In this document: piece after piece, positions 15,808-24,770 of the stretch | How positions within the stretch are numbered: position 1 is the stretch's first letter | Layout of the letters: each line of letters opens with the position of its first letter | Origin: a virus | Lineage: Duplodnaviria > Caudoviricetes | IMG/VR virus record: IMGVR_UViG_3300035660_000060 | Span: 1 to 30,542 of that record | Length of the DNA stretch: 30,542 bases | Strand: one strand, 5' to 3' | Translations under genes and position numbers: made by a program | Notes under the pieces: model-generated | The model's input: the letters and a program-made list of their open reading frames with translations, nothing else | Database searches by the model: none | Told to the model about the DNA's origin: nothing

Positions 15808-17492
15808 CCTTTGATGATTCTGGTCCAGCCTCTTCTCTTTGATATGCTATGCTTAATGGTTCTTGCCACCATCTCTGTACCGTTCAAAGTGAATGTCTGA
15901 GCGATGGGAATATCCACTTTGCCCACGGTTTCGATGTCAGTGTATTTCTGGGGCATGCGCTCGTTCTCGGCTTGGCAAGCCGCCCACGCCTTTGCCCAGC
16001 TGTAGCTTTTCGCCCATGGCTCAAACAGATGCTTCGACTTCACGATCGTATCTGCCGCATCCATGTGCTTGACGACGAGAGGCTTCACGAACCGCAGCCC
16101 ATCTATCTCTCCATAAAAGATGCTGTCGAGTGGTCCGGATGCGGGAAAGTTGAAGCAGAACCTGAGCTCAGACACGTTCTCCCAGTAGGGCGCCGCATCC
16201 TCGGTTGGGCTGACTAGGCGCCACTGCTCGTCTCCCGTGCCTACGGCGCTGCCGGGGCCGAACGGGTGCTCGAACCATGTCCAGGTGCCCGGTACGTCGC
16301 CTAAAGGTGCAATGCTTTTCTCGTCTGTTTTGATGGTGACCGTGTCGACTCCCAGTTTGGGCTCTGTGGTGACCACTTCAAGCCTGAAGGTAATGTTCTG
16401 TTCGACCCCCGGGCGATAACCCACATAGAGTCCTATCTTGTTGATTTCTCCCTGGTACTCCAAGTCGTCGTCAGGGTAGTCTGCGATGTTGGTGATGTTG
16501 TAGGTGTTGAAGCCGCCTGCCGGGTCCTGCCCGGGCCACTTGCCTGAAGCGAGAGGAAAACGCATGTAGAAGTATCCGGTCCACGGGTCCTCAAAAGAGG
16601 CGAATATGGCTCGCGTGCTTTGGATAGCTTCCTTCGTCACATAGTACCCTGCGTCGGCTTGCACGTCGACGCAGTTAGGTCCCTCAAGGTAGTCCTCAGT
16701 GTTCAGCTCGCTCCATGGATCCTCACGCCATGGGGCTCCGTTATGCTGGGCGCCGTAGCCAAGCTCCATCTCAAGAGGAAGCGAGCCACAGTATTGGTCT
16801 CCAAAGACCACAAACATAGTGCGTACCGGAAGCGAATCTATCACTGGCACAATTCGTTTGCAGTCGCCGGTGAGTAAGGCTACGCCGCTGCTCCGGTACC
16901 CTATCTCCTCAAAGTAGAGCTGCTTCGAGCTGTTCACATAATAGTCGAAGAAGGTGTCGTAGCCGCTGAAAGCCTCAGGCAGGCCTAGAAGCTCACCCAG
17001 CTCCTGCAGCATGCGAATATGAGATTTGCCTTCCTGCTGCATGGTGACGTAGGGCGGCTGACTGCTGGGCGCTCGGTTGCTACCAATGGAGATAGTTGGA
17101 TCCGCTGAGCCTTTCAGCGCATTATAGCTTTGCACAATTTCAGCCACTGCGTAGTCTGCCTTGTTGTTGACAAAATGCAGGTTGCCAACGACGTCCGCCA
17201 TAGAGGCGATGTAGCCTCGCGCCACCACTTCCAGCTTGACTCCTTCCCGCTTGCTACGCGGCCTGCGCGGGGTGTCAATGTATCCGCTGAAAAGGTTCAC
17301 GCCGTTCACGATGGCAATTAGCTCATCATGCCAGTCCACAGTGCTGTATTTGTCGCCTCGATTGCTCAGGATCAAAACGGCGTTCGGTATGACTTGGCTA
17401 ACCGATTGCTCTACATCAAGACTGATGAAGTCGTTCTTCACGTTTGCGCCGCCGAGAGTCAGCGTGTTTATGGTAGGTCGGTTTCCAGCCAT
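15792..17492 (-). CDS. Baseplate hub/tail-tip protein (gp27/Tal-like, 566 aa)
   Basis: N-terminal hub pattern (AVLILSN..DKY...LFSGYID...LEVVARG; YYVNSSKQLYF), inserted domain, C-terminal barrel; synteny. Confidence 0.75.
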   Translation of the reverse strand: MAGNRPTINTLTLGGANVKNDFISLDVEQSVSQVIPNAVLILSNRGDKYSTVDWHDELIAIVNGVNLFSGYIDTPRRPRSKREGVKLEVVARGYIASMADVVGNLHFVNNKADYAVAEIVQSYNALKGSADPTISIGSNRAPSSQPPYVTMQQEGKSHIRMLQELGELLGLPEAFSGYDTFFDYYVNSSKQLYFEEIGYRSSGVALLTGDCKRIVPVIDSLPVRTMFVVFGDQYCGSLPLEMELGYGAQHNGAPWREDPWSELNTEDYLEGPNCVDVQADAGYYVTKEAIQSTRAIFASFEDPWTGYFYMRFPLASGKWPGQDPAGGFNTYNITNIADYPDDDLEYQGEINKIGLYVGYRPGVEQNITFRLEVVTTEPKLGVDTVTIKTDEKSIAPLGDVPGTWTWFEHPFGPGSAVGTGDEQWRLVSPTEDAAPYWENVSELRFCFNFPASGPLDSIFYGEIDGLRFVKPLVVKHMDAADTIVKSKHLFEPWAKSYSWAKAWAACQAENERMPQKYTDIETVGKVDIPIAQTFTLNGTEMVARTIKHSISKRRGWTRIIKGWEKT

Positions 17493-17497
17493 GTATG

Positions 17498-17899
17498 CTA
17501 CGCAGCTACATATCTTCTTAGCTCGATGCTGAAGCTCCAGACATGGGGAAGGCCACCCACATAGTCGAAGGTCATGCTTTCAATCGCCAACTTATCCACG
17601 CTGGTTATCGTGGCATCGTTATCGTCCGTTTGGGTCAGGGTCACATAGCCGTTGTTGCTGGTGTCAATCTGCACTTGATCAAAGAAACTTCTCAAAGTAT
17701 CTTTCTGAGCGTCGGTGCAGCGCCCCTGAAGAAGCCAGGGGGGAGACTCGCTGCCCATGTCCTGCCCCTCATCGCCTTCCCTGTTCACAATCTCGTGCCT
17801 TGCAATGATGCGGCTTGGGGATTCCCGCTGCAGATTAGTTGGATGAGTCAAGGTGAGAGAGGAGACAAGTGTATGCGCAATGGTGGTTGTGGCAGCCAT
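17498..17899 (-). CDS. Distal tail/tube-initiator-like protein (133 aa)
   Basis: HEIVNREGDEGQDMG...WLLQG...WSFSIELRRY pattern; lies between the tape measure slot and the hub. Confidence 0.7.
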   Translation of the reverse strand: MAATTTIAHTLVSSLTLTHPTNLQRESPSRIIARHEIVNREGDEGQDMGSESPPWLLQGRCTDAQKDTLRSFFDQVQIDTSNNGYVTLTQTDDNDATITSVDKLAIESMTFDYVGGLPHVWSFSIELRRYVAA

Positions 17900-17903
17900 G
17901 TTT

Positions 17904-18347
17904 TCACGCTCTATACTTGCGATATCTCCGATAAGGCTGATCGTCCAGGAGCTCTTCCTCGTCCGCCCGAGTTCTGATTTCGTTGGCTCGAACCGAGATG
18001 TAGGTGCCGCCGCCTGTGCGGTAGGGCCCGAAGGTGCTGGGTTCGGGTTTGGCTGCGGCCGCAGCCTTGGGACTGAAGCCGCCTGCAGCCGCGTAGCCCA
18101 CTAAGCCACCGATCAGGGCTGCTCCGGCGATGGCTGCTATTCCCAAAGGTCCACCTAGCGCTGCAAGGTTCATGGCGTGAAAGCTGGCTGTTGTGGCCGC
18201 GTTCTGAGTGGCCAAGGCTGCGCCAGCTACTCGAGTCGCCATCATACCAAGCCGAACCATGCTCAAGGCTTGAGCGACTTCAGTGAGACCAGCCATTCTT
18301 GAAGCCACTGCGGTGACCCGCAGTATTCGTTCAGGTCCTGCTGACAG
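17904..18347 (-). CDS. Miniature tape-measure-like protein (134-147 aa)
   Basis: Ala/Gly-rich (LAALGGPLGIAAIAGAALIGGL), between the chaperones and the distal tail gene. The frame opens to a CTG at 18347 behind SD-like GGAAGTGA; the track start is GTG 18308. Confidence 0.65.
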   Translation of the reverse strand: MSAGPERILRVTAVASRMAGLTEVAQALSMVRLGMMATRVAGAALATQNAATTASFHAMNLAALGGPLGIAAIAGAALIGGLVGYAAAGGFSPKAAAAAKPEPSTFGPYRTGGGTYISVRANEIRTRADEEELLDDQPYRRYRKYRA

Positions 18348-18492
18348 GTTTGATCACTTCCAATTTCTCTCTAAGGTACTCTGCAGCCAGCGCCCATTCT
18401 TGCTCTGAAAGGTGGCTGAGCTCATTCAGGGACCGATGGAACACCTCGAACGCTATGGCGCATTTCAGGAAGCCTCTAGGGCTTTGGACGAA
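18331..18492 (-). CDS. Tail assembly chaperone frameshift extension (T/GT-equivalent)
   Basis: +1 frame overlapping the end of the chaperone ORF at AAA TTT CGT; HRSLNELSHLSEQEW resembles GT-type extensions. Confidence 0.65.
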   Translation of the reverse strand, partial: FVQSPRGFLKCAIAFEVFHRSLNELSHLSEQEWALAAEYLREKLEVIKPVSRT

Positions 18493-18937
18493 ATTTTCTG
18501 ATGTCTTCCAGCTGGCTGTCACTCACCTGGCTGAGTTCAAGGATCTTCATGAACAGGGTGCGTTTCAAGGCTTCGCTGAGAGGCATTGTTTCAGCCGTGT
18601 GGCCCGTAGCCAGTAGGATGCATCGGTCCATTACTTCTCCGAACTGCGCCAGCTGCTCTTCAGACAGCTGCACCGTCCACGCTTTCTCCATATCAGTCAA
18701 GTCGGGGCTTATCTTCCGAGCCATGCTTCGAAGCTCACTCAGCTGCGGGTCAAGCAGCCGCCGAGCCTTAACCGACACCGGCTCTTCCTGATCCAGCATC
18801 TTCAAATCAATAATGACTATTCTCTTCAAGAGCCCTTGCATGGCTTCAGACTCTTCCGCCAGCTCTTTGTCCGACTTCTCCAGCGCAGCCAGAATCTTAG
18901 CCTGTTCCTTCTCAATGTCAAGTTTAGGTGGTCCCAA
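18476..18937 (-). CDS. Tail assembly chaperone (G-equivalent, 153 aa)
   Basis: Acidic helical protein upstream of the tape measure; SD GGGGGTGA with TTG start. Confidence 0.7.
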   Translation of the reverse strand: MGPPKLDIEKEQAKILAALEKSDKELAEESEAMQGLLKRIVIIDLKMLDQEEPVSVKARRLLDPQLSELRSMARKISPDLTDMEKAWTVQLSEEQLAQFGEVMDRCILLATGHTAETMPLSEALKRTLFMKILELSQVSDSQLEDIRKFRPKP

Positions 18938-18950
18938 GGAATCTCACCCC

Positions 18951-19427
18951 CTACGGCTCGTAATATGGGCTGGGATATCGATCCAGCACGTTTTCAATCG
19001 CCCGATCGACCGCCAGCATGATGTCAAACATCTTTGCCATAAATGTGTTATGCAGCACAGGGTACGGCAAGGTGCCCGGGTGAAGCACTCGCCTAGCGAA
19101 CACTTCTTTGCCTTCCGGCGTGAAGAAGTGCAGCGCTTTGGCTCGGACCGGTTCAATCACATGGGGCAGGCTGCCGCCCTCTATGATGTGTCCGTACTCG
19201 CTTAAGGTGCCTAGCTCCAGTGTGGTGTCGTCTGCCCAGCAGTAGATGCTGTCTCGGTAGGCGCCGGTGCGCACCGGAGCCAGTAGCTTTGCGTACTGCT
19301 CAATCTCTGGCGCTAAGGCTTGGAATTCCTCTGCGATGGCGTCATGAATCTCAGGCTCGGCTGTGCCGTAGACAGCGATTGCCTCGTCTACGCCACTCAT
19401 CTCAAGCTGCACAGACAAATGTATCAC
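18951..19427 (-). CDS. HK97 gp10-like tail completion protein
   Basis: AKLLAPVRTGAYRDSI...EYGHIIEGG...VFARRVLHPGT signature. Confidence 0.85.
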   Translation of the reverse strand: MIHLSVQLEMSGVDEAIAVYGTAEPEIHDAIAEEFQALAPEIEQYAKLLAPVRTGAYRDSIYCWADDTTLELGTLSEYGHIIEGGSLPHVIEPVRAKALHFFTPEGKEVFARRVLHPGTLPYPVLHNTFMAKMFDIMLAVDRAIENVLDRYPSPYYEP

Positions 19428-19874
19428 TTAGGGACCGAACTGTGGCTTTGAGGTTAATCTGCCGCTTCCGGTAAGTTTGACTGAGCCGTCGCCGCCGGAT
19501 TCTCCTACTCTTCGCAGCCTGAAAATCTTAGCGGTCACGGTGACGCGTTTGATCACCGGGCTGGCTTGCGTGTCCACATCATCTGCCTTGATCGTGACTT
19601 CAGGCAGCTCGTACGTGGTGTTATCTGGCGATATGAGGGCGAGAAGCGCATCCGTAGTGAACAGCCACTCGAATTCGAACCGACCGTCTAGTCCGCCAGT
19701 GAGCACCCATGGAACCTGGCTACCGTTCACATAGTCCAATATTTCTTGGTAGCCCATATCCATGGTCCAGTTCTTACCTGCCGCGATAAAATACTCGGTC
19801 ATGCCCAGCGTCACGTAGAGTTTCGCAACCTTGCCTGTCGCAGTCTTCGTTGCGGATCCTATTGTCGTCGTCAT
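19428..19874 (-). CDS. Major tail tube protein (148 aa)
   Basis: TGKVAKLYV N-terminus, beta-rich, ends GDGSVKLTGSGRLTSKP; synteny. Confidence 0.75.
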   Translation of the reverse strand: MTTTIGSATKTATGKVAKLYVTLGMTEYFIAAGKNWTMDMGYQEILDYVNGSQVPWVLTGGLDGRFEFEWLFTTDALLALISPDNTTYELPEVTIKADDVDTQASPVIKRVTVTAKIFRLRRVGESGGDGSVKLTGSGRLTSKPQFGP

Positions 19875-19887
19875 AACGATATCACTT

Positions 19888-20343
19888 TCATGCTTCTCCG
19901 GACATGACTAGGCACTCAAAGGTGAGCGTGTTGTACGCCAGCATCTTCGTGGGCGGAACTGGATATCGGTCGCTCACCAGCTTATGCTCCTTCCAGCCTG
20001 TGCCGTTGAAGCTGGCGGAGAACAGGTAGGCGTTAATTCGGTCGTGGATAACCTTGCAGAGGTCCCGGGCATCAGTGTCCTCATTCTTCCCCGTCTTACA
20101 GATTATGTCGATTCCGATATAGTCTAGGTTTGAGAGAATGGCGCCGCCATTGCACCACTGTGAAGTGCCACAGCGTTCCTTTCTGATGATGACCAGCTGG
20201 TTCGGTTGAAGCCGCCCCGTCTTGTCAATGGCGCCCTGGCGGCGACGCTTCTCGATCAGCAGGCCTTGGATGGCGCTTAGGGTTGCGTCTGCCTTAAGGT
20301 CGTCATAGAACTCCTGCACCATGTCCGGCTGCAGCAGCGTCAT
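19888..20343 (-). CDS. Tail terminator/completion protein (151 aa)
   Basis: FYDDLKADATL N-terminus and IGIDII...ARDLCKVIHDRI pattern; directly precedes the tube gene. Confidence 0.65.
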   Translation of the reverse strand: MTLLQPDMVQEFYDDLKADATLSAIQGLLIEKRRRQGAIDKTGRLQPNQLVIIRKERCGTSQWCNGGAILSNLDYIGIDIICKTGKNEDTDARDLCKVIHDRINAYLFSASFNGTGWKEHKLVSDRYPVPPTKMLAYNTLTFECLVMSGEA

Positions 20344-21050
20344 ACCACTCCCACCGGCCTCGAGACGTATCCTGCAAGATCCCGCTTTATGTCTTCCTGC
20401 AGCTGCCGGATCAGGTTCTCATAGGGGCTCGGCTGATAAGTTTCTGAGACTCCTGCAAGCGTGGTGGCCGTGGTGCCCTGGGCGACTGCGACCCCTTTCT
20501 TCCGAAGCAGGTCTATGACCACAAGTTTGATGCATGCATCTTTGATTGACTCGGGCGTGGTCTCATGGCCGTAGGTGTACACGACCTCGATGTTGCTGAT
20601 GCCTTTGCCGAACGTGTTGTAGTAGTCAAACTCGCTTCCTCGCAGGAAATACCCTGAGGTGCTAAGATAAGGCCAAGAGAAGGCGCTTGAGGGCCAGCGA
20701 GGGCTTAACCAATAGCTGATGGGGGGCAGCGCGATCGTGCCGATCTCCTTATCCAAAATCAAATCCGCTTCCGCAGCAGTCCTGACAAGCTGATTGTTGT
20801 AGTTGTAGATTTTCACCGAAGTCACAGAGATGATCGGCCAGTGGCGCAGGATCAGCTTCTGTTGGCCGCTTCCATCATATCTCTCTGTCAGCGGGGTGGA
20901 CCTGAACTTGTTTCTGCAGAACCGTTCAATGTGGTCCATGGCTCGGTTGATGAGCTTCTGAATCTCAGGCTCATCGCTAACATCTTCGAGGTCCAGATCG
21001 GTCAGGTACTCCTGAACCTCTGCTATGGAGCAGTAGTCGCCTGTGACCGT
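20340..21050 (-). CDS. Head-tail adaptor (gp6/gp15-like)
   Basis: YCSIAEVQEYL, IERFCRNKF, ERYDGSG..KLILRHWPIISVTSV, NIEVVYTYG..TPESIKDAC. The start is likely ACG at 21050; the track gives ATG 21110. Confidence 0.85.
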   Translation of the reverse strand, partial: TVTGDYCSIAEVQEYLTDLDLEDVSDEPEIQKLINRAMDHIERFCRNKFRSTPLTERYDGSGQQKLILRHWPIISVTSVKIYNYNNQLVRTAAEADLILDKEIGTIALPPISYWLSPRWPSSAFSWPYLSTSGYFLRGSEFDYYNTFGKGISNIEVVYTYGHETTPESIKDACIKLVVIDLLRKKGVAVAQGTTATTLAGVSETYQPSPYENLIRQLQEDIKRDLAGYVSRPVGVV

Positions 21051-21063
21051 GGGTTTGAACCCC

Positions 21064-21207
21064 CTAACTGGTAACGTAGTAGAACGCCGTGTAGCCTCGG
21101 CCCTTCGCATACACTATGCTTGTGACCCCGGTGGGGGCCAGTGCATTCAGGGCGGTGATGAGGCCTGCGACGGTTGAATTTGAGATTTGACCGTATGTGG
21201 TCGTCAT
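21064..21207 (-). CDS. Small virion-region protein (47 aa)
   Basis: Translated by hand: MTTTYGQISNSTVAGLITALNALAPTGVTSIVYAKGRGYTAFYYVTS. Confidence 0.6.
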   Translation of the reverse strand: MTTTYGQISNSTVAGLITALNALAPTGVTSIVYAKGRGYTAFYYVTS

Positions 21208-21212
21208 CAATT

Positions 21213-21347
21213 TCACTTCTCATAGATGATTGCTATTCCTTTATCCGACCATGGAAATACTGCGATGATGCTGGTCGGATCATGCTTGTTGAGGAATTTG
21301 GCTGCGTCGTCCGGTGAAGGTACGATTTCAGCCTTGTATTCTCCCAT
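21213..21347 (-). CDS. Small virion-region protein (44 aa)
   Basis: Translated by hand: MGEYKAEIVPSPDDAAKFLNKHDPTSIIAVFPWSDKGIAIIYEK. Confidence 0.6.
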   Translation of the reverse strand: MGEYKAEIVPSPDDAAKFLNKHDPTSIIAVFPWSDKGIAIIYEK

Positions 21348-21424
21348 TACTTTCACTCATCTCTCGCGGTCGGATCGATACGGATCCCAAAGAAAGGCGG
21401 GATATCAGTTTCTGAGACTTTAGA

Positions 21425-21619
21425 CTATGCAGGCGGCGTCTTTGCAGGCGCCGGTGTTGCTGGTTTCGGATGGCATTCGGGGCAGACTGGGCCTTGGCTC
21501 TTAGGCCAACTGGCGCCGCAGTCGCAGGCGTACTCCGTGAACACATGCTCAACGGCCTTCGTCCGCTTTGTTGGCTGCTCATCCGGCTCATCGTTTGTGG
21601 CTCTTGGTTTAGGTGGCAT
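21425..21619 (-). CDS. Zn-ribbon micro-protein (64 aa)
   Basis: YACDCG...CPECH; SD GAGGAG upstream. Confidence 0.65.
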   Translation of the reverse strand: MPPKPRATNDEPDEQPTKRTKAVEHVFTEYACDCGASWPKSQGPVCPECHPKPATPAPAKTPPA

Positions 21620-21625
21620 TTCGAT

Positions 21626-22624
21626 CTACTCCTCAGCGTACTTGGTTCCACCCGACAGCGCGTAGTAGTTGTTGCTCCAGTAGTTGGTTCCTGAGCCTTT
21701 GACGTAGGCTGTGGTCGGGGTTGCGTGCCCCACATCGTTGTTGCGAATGAAGTTTCCGCTCGGATTTCCACCCAAGTCTATGCCGCCTGTCAGAGTGTGT
21801 CCGTAGCCTACTCCGCCTGGTGACTTCTGCAGAATCGCATTGCGGTTTATGTCGCACTCAAGCGTGTAGGTATCGTAGGCATAGAAGCCTTTGCCACAGC
21901 TGAACATGCGGTTGTCATCGATGATGGCTTTGTGGAAGTATCGGCTGGATCCTGCACCTGCCTTGATTGCTCTGTAGCAGTAGAGGAACTGGTTTCTGAG
22001 GATGACTGGTGCCTCGGCTCCTTCGATTAGGATGCCGTTGCTGTACATGCCGGTGATGTCTCCGTTAGCGTTGGCTCCGATGAACTGGTTGTTCACGATC
22101 GCCAGGTCGGTCGGGTTCGTGGAGTAGATGTAGGACTCTTCTGAGCCCAAGGCGTATTCTGAGGGCATGTAGAACTTGATGCCTTCCACGCTGCAGTTGC
22201 TGCGCGTGATTTTGAGGGCGGTCTTGCTGGCATAGCCAGTTGAAGGCCCACAGACAAGACAGGAGTCTCCGCCCCCGCCGTGTCCAAACCATGAGCCTGC
22301 TCCAATCAGGTGCAGCCCTTCTACGTCTAGGGATTGCATCGCTGTTTGAGCTAGGCCGGTTGTGGTTCTGCCTTGAAGCACTAGAGCGAAGTGCCTTCCT
22401 TTGGCGGAGTCATTGTCTCCGCCGTAGCACCTGTCCACCGCTCCGTTGATGGTTTTACAGGCTTTCTTCAGCGTGGTTCCCGGGTTGCCGTCTGCGCCGC
22501 GCTCCGTGTCAATGTAGATGACCTTGTCGAATAGCATGGCGGTTTCGGCTCTCACGAGTGAGCCGAAGGTTTGCCCTGCACGCATCTGAACGCTTCTATA
22601 CCAGAGATCTGCGGTTCCGGTCAA
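21626..22624 (-). CDS. Right-handed parallel beta-helix protein (head fibre/decoration-like, 332 aa)
   Basis: YIDTERGADGNPG..KACKTINGAV cap motif; repeated IVNNQF/ILRNQF/IDDNRM/IRNNDV rungs; follows the MCP. Confidence 0.75.
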   Translation of the reverse strand: MTGTADLWYRSVQMRAGQTFGSLVRAETAMLFDKVIYIDTERGADGNPGTTLKKACKTINGAVDRCYGGDNDSAKGRHFALVLQGRTTTGLAQTAMQSLDVEGLHLIGAGSWFGHGGGGDSCLVCGPSTGYASKTALKITRSNCSVEGIKFYMPSEYALGSEESYIYSTNPTDLAIVNNQFIGANANGDITGMYSNGILIEGAEAPVILRNQFLYCYRAIKAGAGSSRYFHKAIIDDNRMFSCGKGFYAYDTYTLECDINRNAILQKSPGGVGYGHTLTGGIDLGGNPSGNFIRNNDVGHATPTTAYVKGSGTNYWSNNYYALSGGTKYAEE

Positions 22625-22647
22625 ATTCAGCCTCTCCTTTGCCTATG

Positions 22648-24009
22648 CTATGCGATCCCGTAGATCCGGGCCATCTTCGAGGTCCCGGTCGTTGTGACGG
22701 GCCAGCTGTTGTTGTTGTATGTCTGCGCGTATGCCTGAGTCTTATCGATGATGTTGGCGAACTTCTTGATGACAAACGGCTGACTCAAAGCTGCTTTCGG
22801 AAGCATCTCCATGGTCGAGTCCAACAGCATTCTTTGGGCGAGGAACTTGGTGTCCAAGAAAAGCACTTCACGAGCGGCCGCTGTCACAGGCATGAACTTG
22901 CTTGCCACTATCGGCATTGTGCCGTAGGGCGTATGCCAAGCCAGCGCTTTCAGTCCCCACGCGATCTCCGTTTCCGGATTCACATACATGAGGACTCCCA
23001 TCATGAATTGCTTGATTTTCTGCCAAGTCCACAGGTCAGTTATGCACAGGTTGTATTTCACGTTTCGAGATGCTCCGTCTGCAATCGCCTTGTCAATATC
23101 CGTGTCGTCAATGTCGCTGTTGTTCTTGTCGTAGTTCTGATCAGCCTCACCAGAAGGCAAGCCTGCCACGGTCTGCGTGGTGTAGATCTCCGCACGGATG
23201 CCTACGAAGCCGTTCGAAGAGGCTCCCAGGCTTGAAGACCCGTTCAGGATCTCGTTCTCCCACGCTTCGTTCAAGCTCCAAGTCTTGTTCCGGACTTCCA
23301 GCGCCCTCGCATCTCGGCTCGGGTACTGGCTGCCCATCGTGGCTATGGCGACGTCGGTCCATCCGCCTGGCGAGATCAAGATGCCGATGGTCTTCGTGGC
23401 GTTCTTGTACGTGTCATCTCCCGGCGTGATGGTGCTGACTGTCTCCGTGGTGAATATGGCTGCGGCACGAGCCGTCAGAATGTCGTATGATGCGACCTTG
23501 CCCCGGGAAGTTTCCTGCGGAACAAGCTCCATGATCGGACATTCCTTCCGAGTCGTGTCGATGATCTCCTGGTCGGTCGTGGTGTGCACTATGGCTGCCG
23601 TGGAGTCAAGGTAGCCTTTGGTGCGTAGCTGAGGCGCCTGAATGCCGTTTCTAGTCCACTTCCAGAAGCCTTGACGGAAGTCGTCTCGAGTGACAATGCG
23701 GCCCGTCAGAGGGTCCTTGACCCATCGTCCGTTGAGTCCCAAATAGATCGGTGTGCCGTCTGGCACAGCCGCGGGACCCACCATGAGGCGGGCCATCTGC
23801 TCCCAGCGGGCTGACTCGTCTGGGCCGAAGCCCACCGCCCTCACTTGTTTGAGGGTGGGCGAGAAGCCTGGCTGAGCGACTTGAACGGGCTTGAATTGGA
23901 ACGCTTCTCTCAGCTGAGCGACCTGTTGAGGCGACATGTGTTTGTCGCGGTACGCGGGGTGCGCCAGTTGCATTCTCAAAGCCTGCTCACTTAGATCTGT
24001 AGCTGCCAT
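22648..24009 (-). CDS. Major capsid protein (HK97 fold) with N-terminal extension
   Basis: DQEIIDTTRKECPIMELVP, long backbone helix ...LNEAWENEILNG..NGFVGI, TPYGTMPIVASKFMP; follows protease and scaffold. Confidence 0.9.
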   Translation of the reverse strand: MAATDLSEQALRMQLAHPAYRDKHMSPQQVAQLREAFQFKPVQVAQPGFSPTLKQVRAVGFGPDESARWEQMARLMVGPAAVPDGTPIYLGLNGRWVKDPLTGRIVTRDDFRQGFWKWTRNGIQAPQLRTKGYLDSTAAIVHTTTDQEIIDTTRKECPIMELVPQETSRGKVASYDILTARAAAIFTTETVSTITPGDDTYKNATKTIGILISPGGWTDVAIATMGSQYPSRDARALEVRNKTWSLNEAWENEILNGSSSLGASSNGFVGIRAEIYTTQTVAGLPSGEADQNYDKNNSDIDDTDIDKAIADGASRNVKYNLCITDLWTWQKIKQFMMGVLMYVNPETEIAWGLKALAWHTPYGTMPIVASKFMPVTAAAREVLFLDTKFLAQRMLLDSTMEMLPKAALSQPFVIKKFANIIDKTQAYAQTYNNNSWPVTTTGTSKMARIYGIA

Positions 24010-24015
24010 CTTTCA

Positions 24016-24768
24016 TCAACCTCTGTATGCGTCGATGATGTCAAGCTGGCTCTCGATTGAGCCGTCATCGTTAGCGATGCGTTGAGCTGCTCTGATGCCT
24101 TCAGGCATAGGTCCGGATTCCTCGTTGAATCCTTTCCGGAGTATTCGCTGCCTAGCCAATTCGTCGCCTATCGTCTTCCTGACGAGTTTCACGACGAATC
24201 GTCCGAGGCTTTTGGCTCCGATTTCCTGCGTGTCCACTTCGTCAACCCCAGGGTCGTCTGACTCTATGGCGGTGATGACGCGCTGCTTCTTGGGCTTGCC
24301 CATGGGGCCGTACACAACCTCTCCAAAGTCCTGCTCTTCAAGACTTGTTGAGGCGGTTTTCTCGCCCAAGATTTCCAGCGTGTCCTCATCGATGCCTTTG
24401 ACATCGATCGGCACGCCCAGTGCCTTGCCTATCACTCCGAGTCCTTTACCCATGACTGCCATGTTCTTTGCTACTGTTGCCATCATTGTCTCCAGTCCTT
24501 TGACTCGTTCTTCCAGCTCCTCTTCCTCTTCCTCTCCTGGTACTTTGCCCCCCCTTCGCTGGATGGGATCTCCCCACTCGCCCAAGCCGGTTGAAGCCCG
24601 CTCGGCTGCGGTGGTGCCTGTTTGGCGGTCGAAGTCCCGTCTTTCAGCAGGGAAGCCAGGATCAGGGTCAGGATCGGGATCGGGATCGGGATCGGGATCG
24701 GGATCCGGATCAGGGTCCGGGTCAGGGTCTGGATCTGGGTCCTTTCTTCGGAATCGAAAGGTTTTCAA
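24016..24768 (-). CDS. Probable scaffolding protein (acidic, 250 aa)
   Basis: Lies between protease and MCP; acidic, low complexity, coiled coil EELEERVKGLE. Confidence 0.65.
   Translation of the reverse strand: MKTFRFRRKDPDPDPDPDPDPDPDPDPDPDPDPDPDPGFPAERRDFDRQTGTTAAERASTGLGEWGDPIQRRGGKVPGEEEEEELEERVKGLETMMATVAKNMAVMGKGLGVIGKALGVPIDVKGIDEDTLEILGEKTASTSLEEQDFGEVVYGPMGKPKKQRVITAIESDDPGVDEVDTQEIGAKSLGRFVVKLVRKTIGDELARQRILRKGFNEESGPMPEGIRAAQRIANDDGSIESQLDIIDAYRG
24658..24741 (-). repeat. Coding hexamer repeat, (Asp-Pro)14
   Basis: GAY-CCN x14 with synonymous variation. Confidence 0.95.
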
Positions 24769-24770
24769 AG

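Noticed and set aside
18490-18496. Classical -1 slippery heptamer A AAT TTC
   Set aside because: It is in the phase of the downstream frame, not the chaperone frame; joining the two ORFs needs +1 (or -2).
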